Assembly (NCBI GenBank): GCA_017540175.1
Contig: JAFYBN010000010.1
Span: forward strand, 16,783 to 80,782
DNA: 64,000 nucleotides
From: Clostridia bacterium
Lineage (GTDB): Bacteria > Bacillota > Clostridia > Oscillospirales > CAG-272
Direction of reading: 5' to 3'
Below the pieces are notes generated by a model that saw only the letters and a program-made list of their open reading frames with translations, was not told the origin of the DNA and searched no databases. Shown here one piece after another: positions 26,882-36,921 of this stretch. Positions within the stretch are counted from its first letter, which is position 1, and each line of letters starts with the position of its first letter. Position numbers and translations under genes: made by a program.

Positions 26882-29254
26882 TTACAGTTCAAGCACCGTT
26901 ACGCCGTAATCCCCCTCGCCGTACGCGCCAACACGGAAGGACTTGATCCTTTTGTCGCGTTTGAACTGGTTGTGCAGGGCGTTTCGCAGCGCGCCGGTGC
27001 CCTTGCCGTGGATGACGGTCGCCTGGTGCATGCCCGCGACGATGGCGGAGTCGATGTACTGATCGACCACGAACCACGCCTCCTCGCCCGTCATGCCGCG
27101 GACGTCGCACTCCGTTTTGAAGGTCTTCGCGACGTGGGCGCGCGATCTCGCCTCGCGCTTTTCCTCCGCCTTCTTCGCCTCGTCCGCGTCCTCGATCAGA
27201 CGCAGGTCCTTCACGTTCACGCGCATCTTGACCGCGCCGATGCGGGCCTCCGCATTGCCGTTTTTGTCCGGGTCCTCGAGCAGGACGCCGGTGACGCCGA
27301 GGTTGCGGTGCTTCACGACGTCGCCCTTTTTGAGCGGCCGCGGGAGCACGTATTCCCCGTCGTCCTCCGCGCCAGCGATGGGATTCATGCGGTCGTCCCA
27401 TTCGCGTACGCGCTGACGCACGCTCTTCTTCGCGTCGGAGATGGAGGAGGCGTTATGGCTCGCCTCGTATTCCTTCTTCGTTTTGTCAAGCTCGGCGAGC
27501 ACGAAATCCGAGGTCGCCCGCGCGCCGTCCAGCAGATCCTGCGCTTTTTTGCGCATTTTATCCGCGTCCGCTTCCGCTCCGGCGAGCTTCTTTTTGAGCT
27601 CCTCCTCGGTCGATTTGCGCCACGCTTCGAACTCCTTTCTCTCCTGCTGTGCGGCGGCCTTTTCCTTTTCGAGCTGAATGCGCGCCGCCTCGAGCTTTTC
27701 GATCACGGATTCAAAGCTGCGCGAGCCCGCGTCGACGAAACGCTCGGCTCTCTTGACGATCCCGGGCGCGAGCCCGAGCTTTTCGGAGATCGCGAAGGCG
27801 TTCGATTTGCCGGGTGTGCCGACGATCAGTCGGTAGGTCGGTCTGAGGGTCTCCACGTCGAATTCGCAGGAGGCGTTGACGACGCCCTCCGTCTCGACGG
27901 CGTAGGCCTTGAGCTCGGCGTAATGGGTGGTCGCGGCGCAGAGGGAGCCGCAGGAAAGGGTCTCCTCGAGGATCGACATGGCGAGCGCCGCGCCCTCCAC
28001 GGGGTCGGTGCCCGCGCCGAGCTCGTCGAAGAGAACGAGGGAATTCTCGGTCATCTTGTCCATGATCGCGACGATGCCCTTCATGTGGGAGGAGAAGGTG
28101 GAAAGGGACTGCTCGATCGACTGCTCGTCGCCGATGTCGGAAAAGACCTCGTCGAAGACGCCCATCACCGAGGTGTCGTCCGCCGGGATGTGGAGCCCCG
28201 CCTGCGTCATCAGGGCGAAGAGCCCGACGGTCTTTAGGGTAACGGTCTTGCCGCCGGTGTTCGGACCGGTGATGACGAGCATTTTGTAATCCCGTCCGAG
28301 GGAAAGCGAAATGGGGACGACGGTCTTTTTGTCGAGCAGGGGGTGGCGCGCCTTCACGATCTCGACGATCTGCTTCTCGGAGACCGTCGGGGCGGAGGCG
28401 TCCATCTGATAGGACAGCTCCCCGCAGGCGAAGATGAAGGCGAGCTCCGTGATGTTGAGATAATCGAGATTCAGCGTCTGCCCCGAGACCGCCACGCCCG
28501 CCGAAAGGTCGCGGAGGATGCGTTCGATCTCGTGCGCTTCCTTCGCCTCGAGCTCTCTCAGCTCGTTGTTCGCCTCCACGACCGCCATCGGTTCGACAAA
28601 AATCGTCGCGCCGGAGGAGGAAGTGTCGTGCACGAGGCCCTTGACCTCGTTGCGGTATTCCGCCTTGACGGGCACGACGAAGCGCCCGGAGCGGGTGGTG
28701 ACGATGTTTTCCTGCAAATACTTCGACTGGCCGGAGGTGTAGCGCTGCAGAATCTCCTTGATCTTCGCGTCGGTATTGCGCTTTTTGCGGCGGATGTCGG
28801 CGAGGGTCGGGCTCGCCTCGTCCGCGACGAAGTCCTCCGCCACGATGGAGCGGGAGATTTTTTCCTCAAGGGAACGGTTCGGCGTCAGCCGCTCGAACAG
28901 CTCCGTGAGGGAGGTGTCGGGCGTGCGGTCGCTCCGCACGTAATCGAGCAGGGTCCGCGCGACACGCAGGACGGCGGCGCAGTCGAGCAGCTCGCGCAGG
29001 GAGAGGATCGCGTCCTTTTCCGCCCGCTCGACGGAGGGGCGGATGTCCTTGATCCTGCCGAAGGACGGAAGCCCCTTCAGTCCGATGAGAGTCTTCGCGT
29101 CCGTGGTATGCGCGAGGCGCGTTTTCACCTTTTCCCGGTCGGAGGTCGGGGTCAGCGCGCGCGCCATCGCCTGCGCCCCTTCGGTCTGGGCGACGGCGGC
29201 GAGCATTTCGAGGATTTTATCGAATTCGAGGGTGGTGAGTGCTTTCAGATTCAT
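26882..29254 (-). CDS. mutS2: Endonuclease MutS2 (MutS domain plus C-terminal Smr)
   Basis: ITGPNTGGKTV Walker A, DELGAGTDP, C-terminal Smr (DVRGMTGEEA...IHGKGTGALR). Confidence 0.95.
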   Translation of the reverse strand: MNLKALTTLEFDKILEMLAAVAQTEGAQAMARALTPTSDREKVKTRLAHTTDAKTLIGLKGLPSFGRIKDIRPSVERAEKDAILSLRELLDCAAVLRVARTLLDYVRSDRTPDTSLTELFERLTPNRSLEEKISRSIVAEDFVADEASPTLADIRRKKRNTDAKIKEILQRYTSGQSKYLQENIVTTRSGRFVVPVKAEYRNEVKGLVHDTSSSGATIFVEPMAVVEANNELRELEAKEAHEIERILRDLSAGVAVSGQTLNLDYLNITELAFIFACGELSYQMDASAPTVSEKQIVEIVKARHPLLDKKTVVPISLSLGRDYKMLVITGPNTGGKTVTLKTVGLFALMTQAGLHIPADDTSVMGVFDEVFSDIGDEQSIEQSLSTFSSHMKGIVAIMDKMTENSLVLFDELGAGTDPVEGAALAMSILEETLSCGSLCAATTHYAELKAYAVETEGVVNASCEFDVETLRPTYRLIVGTPGKSNAFAISEKLGLAPGIVKRAERFVDAGSRSFESVIEKLEAARIQLEKEKAAAQQERKEFEAWRKSTEEELKKKLAGAEADADKMRKKAQDLLDGARATSDFVLAELDKTKKEYEASHNASSISDAKKSVRQRVREWDDRMNPIAGAEDDGEYVLPRPLKKGDVVKHRNLGVTGVLLEDPDKNGNAEARIGAVKMRVNVKDLRLIEDADEAKKAEEKREARSRAHVAKTFKTECDVRGMTGEEAWFVVDQYIDSAIVAGMHQATVIHGKGTGALRNALHNQFKRDKRIKSFRVGAYGEGDYGVTVLEL

Positions 29255-29414
29255 GGTTTACCTCGCATTGCCGTCCGCGGTTGAGTTTTTCTCGCCGCGA
29301 TTGAAATACGGACTTGAAAACTCACGGGACGGCTTATTGATTTTACTTCCGGTTTCTGATATCATGAAGTCAGAACCGGTTCAGATTTTTCATTCACAGG
29401 AAAGGAACACTGAT

Positions 29415-30590
29415 ATGCTTCCGATTGGAGAAAGGATCCGGAATCTGCGCCGGATGAAAAACGAAACGCAGGATGAGCTGGCCTCCGTGCTCGGCGTGAG
29501 CTTTCAAGCGGTGAGCCGTTGGGAGAACGCCGACGCCTATCCCGATATCGAACTGCTCCCGAAGCTCGCCGCGCATTTTGACGTCACGACGGACGAACTG
29601 CTCGGAACGGATGACGAGACGCGGAAAAAAGAGCGGGAAAAGCTCGAAGCGGACTATCGCAGCCGCGTTCGGGAGGGCTGGGGAACACGCGGGCACTTCG
29701 AGAGGATGCGACAGGCATTCGCAGAGTTTCCGGAGCAGGTCGATTTTGCTTACTATGCGCTCCTGGACGTTGTCGATCACCGGTGCGTCCCCCGCGAGGA
29801 AGGTCTTCCCATCGCGCGGGAGCTCGGCGAAAAGCTGGTTGGAACTCAATATCAGCAGGAGGCCGTCCGCATGATGACCCTCTACGAGGACGAACCGACG
29901 CGCTGGTTTGATCTCGCTCTGGACGCGTACACCCTGCCCCGGCTCCGGGAAAAAAGGTACGCCTATCGGGGAGAGAACGATCTGTGCAGCCGTCAGCGTC
30001 AGATCAATCTCTTTACCGATCTCAACTATCTGATCTGGAACGACCTCGGCAAAAAAACGAAGGATGGGCGGGAGGACCTTCCGTCGTGGAATGAAGGACT
30101 TGCCGCGGCGCTCAGGATCATCGACTGTCTGCGCGATCCCGCGCGGGACGAGGACGGATGGATCGACGAGCGGCTTTGGATCTACCTGCTCCTCTCAAGC
30201 AATGATTACATTCTGGGAAAGAAGGACGAAGGAGACAAAGCGCTCGAAAAAGCCCTTGGGCTGATCGAAATCATAGCGAAGTACCCGCCGGATCACGTCT
30301 TCCCGTTCGGCGTGCCGTCGCTCGATCTGCTTGAGCCATCCCTGAAAAACGGCTTTTCCAGCATCACGGAAAGCGATGAAATCGATCACCGGACAAACTA
30401 CCTGAACATTCTGAAAAATCTCGTCTGCACCAAGCAGGGATGGTTCGGGCCCATGCTCGGGGAACCGCGCGTTCAGGCGGTCTCCGCCCGTTTGTGCGAA
30501 CTGACCCCGCCGCTGCAAAAGAACTATCTCTTCATGAACCACATTCTTGCGGTCCGGCTTGACGCAATCGGATGGGACAGAGATTTCTAA
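29415..30590 (+). CDS. XRE-family HTH transcriptional regulator with a large C-terminal helical domain
   Basis: IGERIRNLRRMKNETQDELASVLGVSFQAVSRWENADAYPDIELLPKLAAHFDVTTDELLG. Candidate TTGATT-N17-TATCAT promoter at 29337-29365. Confidence 0.8.
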   Translation: MLPIGERIRNLRRMKNETQDELASVLGVSFQAVSRWENADAYPDIELLPKLAAHFDVTTDELLGTDDETRKKEREKLEADYRSRVREGWGTRGHFERMRQAFAEFPEQVDFAYYALLDVVDHRCVPREEGLPIARELGEKLVGTQYQQEAVRMMTLYEDEPTRWFDLALDAYTLPRLREKRYAYRGENDLCSRQRQINLFTDLNYLIWNDLGKKTKDGREDLPSWNEGLAAALRIIDCLRDPARDEDGWIDERLWIYLLLSSNDYILGKKDEGDKALEKALGLIEIIAKYPPDHVFPFGVPSLDLLEPSLKNGFSSITESDEIDHRTNYLNILKNLVCTKQGWFGPMLGEPRVQAVSARLCELTPPLQKNYLFMNHILAVRLDAIGWDRDF

Positions 30591-30608
30591 TTCCGCTTCC
30601 CAGAGACG

Positions 30609-30639
30609 CCCGCTCTCCCTTGCCGGAGGGCGGGTTTTT
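30609..30639 (+). terminator. Intrinsic terminator after the XRE regulator gene
   Basis: 10-bp stem CCCGCTCTCC/GGAGGGCGGG followed by TTTTT. Abuts the recO stop codon. Confidence 0.7.
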
Positions 30640-31430
30640 CATCCCCTGATTTTCTTATAATATTCGAGCGAGGAGAACCCGTGCTCGAGGTGGTTCAGAA
30701 GATACCGCTCGCACACGACGGAAAAGAGCGAAAGCTCCTCTTTGCCAAGGGAGAACGAAAGGAATTTCTTCGGCGGCGCGGCGGCGATGAACCTGAGGGC
30801 GGCGAGCACCGGGGGGCTGACGCGGATGAAGATCTTCGCCGTCTCGTTCTCGTAATACGCCGGATCGTTTTCGGCGGCGGCGCGGCATTTTCTGCATAAG
30901 AGCCGCCCGTTCATCACGTCGAGCGTGCAGTCTTCGTTTCCCAGCCCGAGGGGCGCGCCGCAGACGCCGCACGCCGAGAGATCGGGCGCGAAGCCCTCCT
31001 GCGCCGCCATGCGGAACTCGAACGCGCCGCGGATCTGCTCAAGCGGGAGGGAGGTCCGCGCGACGGCGTACAGGGTGTTGAGCGTCAGGCTCAGGAGAGC
31101 GGGGTTTTCGAATTCCTCCCGCGCGACCTCGTAAGCCGCCTCCGCGACATAATTCGCGAGGGAGAGCTTTTCGAGATCCTCGCCGAGCTCCGTGAAGCTG
31201 TCGATGTAGAAGGCGTCGCGGATATACCAGTACCGGTTCGTCTTGCGCAGCAGAAAGGTGCTGTACGAAAACAGCCTGGCGGACGCCGCGTATTTCGAGC
31301 GCAGGGAGCTCACTCCCTTGCCGCTCACGCTGATCCTCCCCCGTTCCGCCGTGAGCAGGGTGACGATCTTGTCGGCGTCGCCCGTCTTCGTCTCGCGGAT
31401 CACAAGCCCGCCTATTTCAAGCTCTTCCAT
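30639..31430 (-). CDS. recO: DNA repair protein RecO
   Basis: OB-fold N-terminus plus the C-x2-C...C-x2-C zinc motif (CGVCGAP...CRKC). Sits downstream of era. Confidence 0.9.
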   Translation of the reverse strand: MEELEIGGLVIRETKTGDADKIVTLLTAERGRISVSGKGVSSLRSKYAASARLFSYSTFLLRKTNRYWYIRDAFYIDSFTELGEDLEKLSLANYVAEAAYEVAREEFENPALLSLTLNTLYAVARTSLPLEQIRGAFEFRMAAQEGFAPDLSACGVCGAPLGLGNEDCTLDVMNGRLLCRKCRAAAENDPAYYENETAKIFIRVSPPVLAALRFIAAAPPKKFLSFSLGKEELSLFSVVCERYLLNHLEHGFSSLEYYKKIRG

Positions 31431-31436
31431 GCGCGC

Positions 31437-32330
31437 TTATCTCATGTCTTCGGCGCGGAAGCCGAAATTGTTCAGCGACGCCTGATCGTCGCGCCATTTC
31501 TCGCGCACCTTGACCCAGAGATTGAGATAGACCTTCGTTCCGAAGAACTCCTCCATATCCTCGCGGGCATAGGTGCCCACGCGCTTGAGCGTCGCGCCGT
31601 CCTTGCCGACGATGATGCCCTTGTGGGACGCTTTTTCGCAGTAGATGTTCGCGCGGATGGAGAGAAGCCCCTCCTCCTCGGAAAACTCCTCGATGTCGAC
31701 CGCGGTCCCGTGCGGGATCTCGTCGGAGAGCAGGCGCAGGAGCTTTTCACGGATGATCTCCGCGGCGATCTGGCGCTCGGGCTGGTCGGTCAGGCTGTCC
31801 GCGTCGAACATCCACTCGCCTTCCTCAAGGAACTGCTTCGCCTCGTCGAGCACGTCCGGCACGTTTTTGCCGTTTTCCGCGCAGGTGGGAACGACCGCGT
31901 TGAAATCGTGCAGAGCGGCGTACTGCGTGATCGTCTCGGCGAGCTTTTCCTTGCGGATCAGGTCGATCTTGTTGAGCACGAGCATCGACGGGAGCCCTTC
32001 CTTTTTGATCTGACCGATGAGATTCGTTTCGATCTCTCCCGGGGGGTATGCCGCGTCCGCGATGAGCATGACGGCGTTCGAGGAATTGACCGACGCGCGG
32101 ACGGATTTCATCATATATTCGCCGAGCTTGTTTTTCGCGCGGTGCACGCCGGGCGTGTCGAGAAAGACGAACTGATCCTCCCCGACGGTGAGGATGCCCG
32201 CGATGCGGCTTCTGGTGGTCTGCGGCTTCGGAGAGACGATGGCGACCTTCTCCCCGAGCAGTTTATTCATGAGCGTGCTTTTCCCGACGTTCGGACGTCC
32301 GACGATGGCGATAAAGGCGATTCTCTTCAT
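31437..32330 (-). CDS. era: GTPase Era
   Basis: VGRPNVGKST, DTPG and NKID G-motifs plus a C-terminal KH domain. ATGA overlap with ybeY. Confidence 0.95.
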   Translation of the reverse strand: MKRIAFIAIVGRPNVGKSTLMNKLLGEKVAIVSPKPQTTRSRIAGILTVGEDQFVFLDTPGVHRAKNKLGEYMMKSVRASVNSSNAVMLIADAAYPPGEIETNLIGQIKKEGLPSMLVLNKIDLIRKEKLAETITQYAALHDFNAVVPTCAENGKNVPDVLDEAKQFLEEGEWMFDADSLTDQPERQIAAEIIREKLLRLLSDEIPHGTAVDIEEFSEEEGLLSIRANIYCEKASHKGIIVGKDGATLKRVGTYAREDMEEFFGTKVYLNLWVKVREKWRDDQASLNNFGFRAEDMR

Positions 32331-32827
32331 GCCTCTTCCTCCGTTTTCTCTTCGTTTTTGATATCCAGCCCCAGTTCTTTCATGATCACGCGCTGACGGG
32401 CTCTCATTTCGCGTTCTTCTTCGTCCTCCATGTGGTCGTATCCGAGCAGATGGAGCACGGAATGCACGACGAGGAAGGCGCATTCCCGTGCGAAGCCGTG
32501 CCCGTATTCCTCGCCCTGCCGCGCGGCGGTCTCAAGGGAAAGCACAATGTCGCCGAGCTCCGCGATCTCGCCCGGCTGGGGCCTGTCCCCGTTTTTCATA
32601 TCGTAGATCGGGAAGGACAGTACGTCCGTCGGCTTGTCGATCCCGCGGAATTCGCGGTTTTTCTCCCGGATGCCGCGGTCGTCCGTGAACGTCACCGACA
32701 CCATCGCGTCGCAGGGAAAGGCTTCCTCTTCGAGCGCGGCGCGGATCGCCTTCTTCACAAATCGGCGCAGGAAGAAGCCGGTTTTCCTCGCCGTCTGTTC
32801 GTTTGCCCAGTCGATTTTCAGTTTCAT
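32327..32827 (-). CDS. ybeY: rRNA maturation RNase YbeY
   Basis: HSVLHLLGYDH metal motif. ATGA overlap with the phoH stop. Confidence 0.9.
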   Translation of the reverse strand: MKLKIDWANEQTARKTGFFLRRFVKKAIRAALEEEAFPCDAMVSVTFTDDRGIREKNREFRGIDKPTDVLSFPIYDMKNGDRPQPGEIAELGDIVLSLETAARQGEEYGHGFARECAFLVVHSVLHLLGYDHMEDEEEREMRARQRVIMKELGLDIKNEEKTEEEA

Positions 32828-33852
32828 TTTCTCTTCACCGCGCGGAACCTCTTGTGCTCCGTCTCGCTCTCCCTGACTCTTTTTTCGTGCTCGTACCGGT
32901 CGTACGCCATGATGATGCGCTGCACGAGCCTGTGCCGCACCACGTCGCGCTCGGTAAACTCGTGGATGCCGATGTCGTCGATGTTTTTGAGGATCGCCGC
33001 CGCGACGGCAAGCCCGCTCCTTGTCCCGCGGGGCAGGTCGGTCTGGGTGAGGTCGCCCGTTACCACCGCCTTCGAGCCGTTGCCGAGACGGGTGAGGAAC
33101 ATTTTCATCTGCTCCGGCGTGGTGTTCTGCGCCTCGTCGAGGATGATGAAGCTGTCGTCGAGGGTGCGCCCGCGCATATAGGCGAGCGGCGCGATCTCGA
33201 TGGTCATTTTCTCGATCATGCGGGCGCAGCTTTCCGCGCCGAGCATTTCGTACAGCGCGTCGTACAGCGGGCGGAGATAGGGGTCGATTTTGCTCTGCAG
33301 ATCTCCCGGCAGAAAGCCGAGCCTCTCCCCCGCCTCCACGGCGGGACGGGTGAGGACGATGCGGCTCACCTCGTGCGCGCGCAGAGCCTTGACCGCCGCC
33401 GCCACCGCGAGATAGGTCTTGCCCGTGCCCGCGGGACCCACGCCGAGGACGATGGTGTTCTTTTTGATCATGTCGAGGTATTTTTTCTGACCGACGGTCT
33501 TCGCCTTGATCGGCTTGCCCTTCGCCGTGACGAAGAAGCAGTCGTCGTCGAGATCGTTCAGTTCGGAGAGCTTCCCCTCCCGCACCATACCGATCACGTA
33601 GTCCACGCTCTGGTCGCTCAGTTCGTCCCCGAACGCGATGATCTTTTTGAGATAGTTCAGCGCGTCCGCCGCCATGGCGACCGCCGCGTCCTCCCCCTCC
33701 ACCACCACGGTGTCTCCGTCGTCGTTCTGGTTCTGTATATTGAAGATGCGCACGCCGAACTCGTTTTCGAGCCGGTTCGTGTTCTTGTCGTAACTTCCGA
33801 ACAGTCTTGCCGTCGCCTCGGAGGACGGCGTTTTGATCTTTTTCTGCGTCAT
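32824..33852 (-). CDS. phoH: PhoH family ATPase
   Basis: GPAGTGKTYLAVAAAV Walker A, IILDEAQN. Confidence 0.9.
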   Translation of the reverse strand: MTQKKIKTPSSEATARLFGSYDKNTNRLENEFGVRIFNIQNQNDDGDTVVVEGEDAAVAMAADALNYLKKIIAFGDELSDQSVDYVIGMVREGKLSELNDLDDDCFFVTAKGKPIKAKTVGQKKYLDMIKKNTIVLGVGPAGTGKTYLAVAAAVKALRAHEVSRIVLTRPAVEAGERLGFLPGDLQSKIDPYLRPLYDALYEMLGAESCARMIEKMTIEIAPLAYMRGRTLDDSFIILDEAQNTTPEQMKMFLTRLGNGSKAVVTGDLTQTDLPRGTRSGLAVAAAILKNIDDIGIHEFTERDVVRHRLVQRIIMAYDRYEHEKRVRESETEHKRFRAVKRK

Positions 33853-33882
33853 GCGTTTTTCGCTCCGTTTTTTGCAAGAATC

Positions 33883-35091
33883 TTATTTCGTATTTCCCGG
33901 ACCCGCCTCTGCGACGGCGAACTCCACGGTCTCCCCGATGTCGCGCGTGAGATAGAGCAGCGCGTCGAGCCGGAAGACCCCGCCCTCGCAGCGCTCAGTA
34001 AACTGCTTCACAAGCAAAGTCCCGTTTTCGGTCTCCCGGCGGATGAGGGCCCGCATCGCGGTCCGCGCCTCCCCCGCCGCCTCCTCTTCGGTCAGCGTGA
34101 CGGTCACGGGTTCGGTCTCGCGCGCGGCGTGCCTTTCGATCCAGATCGGGAGGTCCAGCGTGCCGAAAAGACAGACTCGTCCGATTGTATCTATTTTATC
34201 ATAAGTCGCATACGCAATTCCATAGTTTCGGGAAAGATTTATCGTTTTTTTGAAAATTTTTATGGAGAATCGCGTTTTTTCTCTCCCCGTTTCCCGATAT
34301 TCGACCCTTTCGAGGGGGATTTCGACCGAAAGAGGGACCGCGACCGTCGCCCAGACCTCCCCGGAGGCGTATTCGAACCGGGAGGTGCCGTCCTTGTTTT
34401 CAATCACGCCGGAGATGAGCACCTGGCCGGGGCGCACCACGTTACCCGCCCGCGCCGCCGCCGTCCCCTCACGCACGTCGATCTCTTCGATCACGCCTCC
34501 TGCGGACGCGACGACGTTCGCTGCGGTCCCCGCCGGGGGAGGCTCCGAGCCGCCGGGCAGCATCTCGCGCACCTGGACCCGGGCGACGGTGCCGTCCATC
34601 ACGACGGAGAGCCACGCGATCCGATTCTGCGCGGCGACATAATCCGCGTGGAGCTGATCGAAATCGACGCGGGTGTAGTCCGTCCCGATCTCAAAGCCGA
34701 GCGAGGCGAGCACCTCGACGATCTCTTCGGCGGGGACCTCCCCGTTCCCCTCGACGCGGATATCCCACACGAGCCTCCCCGACCAAAAGAGCCAGACGGC
34801 GAGCAGGATCAGTCCGAGCGGCACGGCGGGACGGCGCCGGCAGAACGCGAGCGCCGCCGGCACGCCCCGTTTTCCCGAGATCTCCGCGCCGATCCCTCTC
34901 TCTGCGAAAACGGCGCGGAGACGGCGCTCGTCCGCCTCCGTGATCCGGAAGAACACTTCCCCGTCCCGCCGTCTTTCCCGGTGCGGGGCGATCCCGGTCC
35001 GATACATCGCGTCGAACGCGGACGTGCGGTCGGCGAGCGCGATCTTCACCTGCCGCCAGCCGACGAGAAAATCGCGCAGGGAACGGATCAC
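33883..35091 (-). CDS. yqfD: Sporulation protein YqfD
   Basis: Typical YqfD layout (N-terminal domain, single TM, WDIRVEGN...) and position after yqfC. GTG start overlapping the yqfC stop (GTGA). Confidence 0.85.
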   Translation of the reverse strand: MIRSLRDFLVGWRQVKIALADRTSAFDAMYRTGIAPHRERRRDGEVFFRITEADERRLRAVFAERGIGAEISGKRGVPAALAFCRRRPAVPLGLILLAVWLFWSGRLVWDIRVEGNGEVPAEEIVEVLASLGFEIGTDYTRVDFDQLHADYVAAQNRIAWLSVVMDGTVARVQVREMLPGGSEPPPAGTAANVVASAGGVIEEIDVREGTAAARAGNVVRPGQVLISGVIENKDGTSRFEYASGEVWATVAVPLSVEIPLERVEYRETGREKTRFSIKIFKKTINLSRNYGIAYATYDKIDTIGRVCLFGTLDLPIWIERHAARETEPVTVTLTEEEAAGEARTAMRALIRRETENGTLLVKQFTERCEGGVFRLDALLYLTRDIGETVEFAVAEAGPGNTK

Positions 35092-35414
35092 GCGCCTTCC
35101 CCCTCCCCATCCGCCGCGGCGCCGAAGCGTGCGCAGGCGATCTCCCCGCGGACAAAGAGATTGCCGCGGCTGAAATCCTCGAGGGAAAGTCCCCGCCCCG
35201 CGACGGTGAAACGGTCTCCCTCCTTACCGACCGCGAGCACGATCCGTGCGGGCTCGTATTCGAGAATCCCGGTGCAGCCCTCCACCTCGATCTCCCGCTT
35301 CCCCCGGATGACGAACACCGGGATGCGCGCCGTCTGATCCGCGGGGATCTCAAGGAACTCCGCGAGCCGCTCGTACGGCAGCTTCCGCACGCTCTTCTCC
35401 GCTTTTTTCCGCAT
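35088..35414 (-). CDS. yqfC: Sporulation protein YqfC
   Basis: ~100-aa protein with EIPADQ...I.GKREIEVEG...L..GNLFVRGEI. Confidence 0.85.
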   Translation of the reverse strand: MRKKAEKSVRKLPYERLAEFLEIPADQTARIPVFVIRGKREIEVEGCTGILEYEPARIVLAVGKEGDRFTVAGRGLSLEDFSRGNLFVRGEIACARFGAAADGEGEGA

Positions 35415-35474
35415 AGCTCTTCCGCCTTTCGCATAAGGTTTTCCGCCCGATTCTATTCAGGAGCGTGCCCCCTT

Positions 35475-36536
35475 ATGTCTAAGGCCTCCCGCCTCACCGC
35501 CGTCTCAGCCGCCCTGCTGCTCCTCGCCGCGTTTCTGCGCTTCCCCTCCCTCACCTCCGCGGCGGTGCGGGACGCCATGGACTTTGCGGCGCGGCGGCTG
35601 ATCCCCGCGCTCTTTCCCGCGATGGCGGCCGCGTCCCTGCTCCTGAGGCTCGGACGGGGACGCGCGCCGAAATTCGTTTCGAAAATCCTCCGCCTGCCGC
35701 GGGAAGGCGCGGGCGCGCTCCTTCTCGGCTGGGCGGCGGGTTTTCCGGCGGGCGCGGCGGCGGCCGCCGCGCTCAAACGGGACGGGATATTGAAAAGTCG
35801 GGACGCCGAACGCCTCGCCGCCGTATCGAGCGCGCCGAGCCCCGCGTTTTTCATTGCCGCGCTCGGGGGTATGTGGAACTGCCCCGCGTTCGGGTGCTTT
35901 CTGTTCGCTCTACACGCGCTGACGATGCTGCTGCTCTGCCGCGCGTTCTTCCGGGGTGAGGGCGGCTCCCGCCGTCCGGCATGCGAGCCGCGGTCATGCG
36001 CCCCCGCTTCCGCTCCGAAAGCCGAGTCCTTTTTCCCCGCACTCAGCCGCGCGGTATCGGACGCGGGGACGGCGTGCGTTTCGGTTGCGGCGTCCGTCGT
36101 GTTCTTCCGCGCGCTCTGCGCCGTGCTGAGCCGTCTATTCCCCGCCCTCTCGCCGCTCTTTCTCCTCACCTTTGAGTTTTCGGCAGCCACGGCGCACGGC
36201 GCGTCGCTCGGAGGGGCCGGCGGGGCACTGTTCTCGGGCTTTGCCGTCGGGTTCTCGGGGCTGGCGGTGCTCGCGCAGATCGCGCGTCCCCTCTCCGAGG
36301 CAAATCTTTCCGCGCGTCCCGCGCTCGCCGCGCGGCTGATCTGCGGGGCGGTGTTCTCCCTCGGCTCCGCGGCGTTTTTTCTGCTTCATCCTCTCGCGCC
36401 CGCCGCCCCCGCCCACGTCCTGTCCGACGCCGCCCGGTTCGCGCCGCGCCGGGGACTTCTGCCGGGCGCGGTGATGCTCGCGGTCTCGCTTGCGGCCGCG
36501 ATCCTCTCTTCCGGTTCCCGAAAAACACAAAAATGA
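35475..36536 (+). CDS. Polytopic membrane protein, YlbJ-like (sporulation integral membrane / nucleoside-recognition-type); tentative
   Basis: Ala/Leu-rich multi-TM ORF with a LIPALFPAMAA segment as in YlbJ. Extremely GC- and Ala-rich, so the call is moderate. Confidence 0.5.
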   Translation: MSKASRLTAVSAALLLLAAFLRFPSLTSAAVRDAMDFAARRLIPALFPAMAAASLLLRLGRGRAPKFVSKILRLPREGAGALLLGWAAGFPAGAAAAAALKRDGILKSRDAERLAAVSSAPSPAFFIAALGGMWNCPAFGCFLFALHALTMLLLCRAFFRGEGGSRRPACEPRSCAPASAPKAESFFPALSRAVSDAGTACVSVAASVVFFRALCAVLSRLFPALSPLFLLTFEFSAATAHGASLGGAGGALFSGFAVGFSGLAVLAQIARPLSEANLSARPALAARLICGAVFSLGSAAFFLLHPLAPAAPAHVLSDAARFAPRRGLLPGAVMLAVSLAAAILSSGSRKTQK

Positions 36537-36567
36537 TCCCGACCGGCGGGAAGTTTTGCCGAAGGAC

Positions 36568-36596
36568 TTGATTTTTCCCCGCCGTTCCGGTATAAT
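36568..36596 (+). promoter_or_regulatory. SigmaA-type promoter TTGATT-N17-TATAAT upstream of the small Cys-rich ORF and prfB
   Basis: TTGATT 36568-36573, 17 nt, TATAAT 36591-36596. Confidence 0.6.
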
Positions 36597-36636
36597 ATCA
36601 TGGGAGTTTATGAGAACAGGCGGGAGGCGGACCGAT

Positions 36637-36846
36637 ATGAAAACCGACGATAGAATCGAAAAGTGCTGCCGTTATTGCGAGCGGGCGAAAAGCCTCGCCG
36701 ACGAATCGGTCATGCTCTGCGGCCGATACGGCGTGGTGGACACGCTCTTCTGCTGCCGCCGCTTCCGCTACGATCCCCTGAAGCGCGACCCGAAGCGGGC
36801 GAAGCTCGAAGACAAGCTCGACGAACTGGAATTCATCAAGATCTGA
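36637..36846 (+). CDS. Small Cys-rich hypothetical protein (69 aa)
   Basis: GGGAGG RBS. Pattern CC-x2-C ... C ... CC (KCCRYCERA...MLCGRYG...FCCRRF). Confidence 0.55.
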   Translation: MKTDDRIEKCCRYCERAKSLADESVMLCGRYGVVDTLFCCRRFRYDPLKRDPKRAKLEDKLDELEFIKI

Positions 36847-36921
36847 GAGCGCGGGCGCGGCGCGATCCGGCACCGAACGAAAACCGAAACAAAACTGAAC
36901 GACTGATCGGAGGAGATACCC

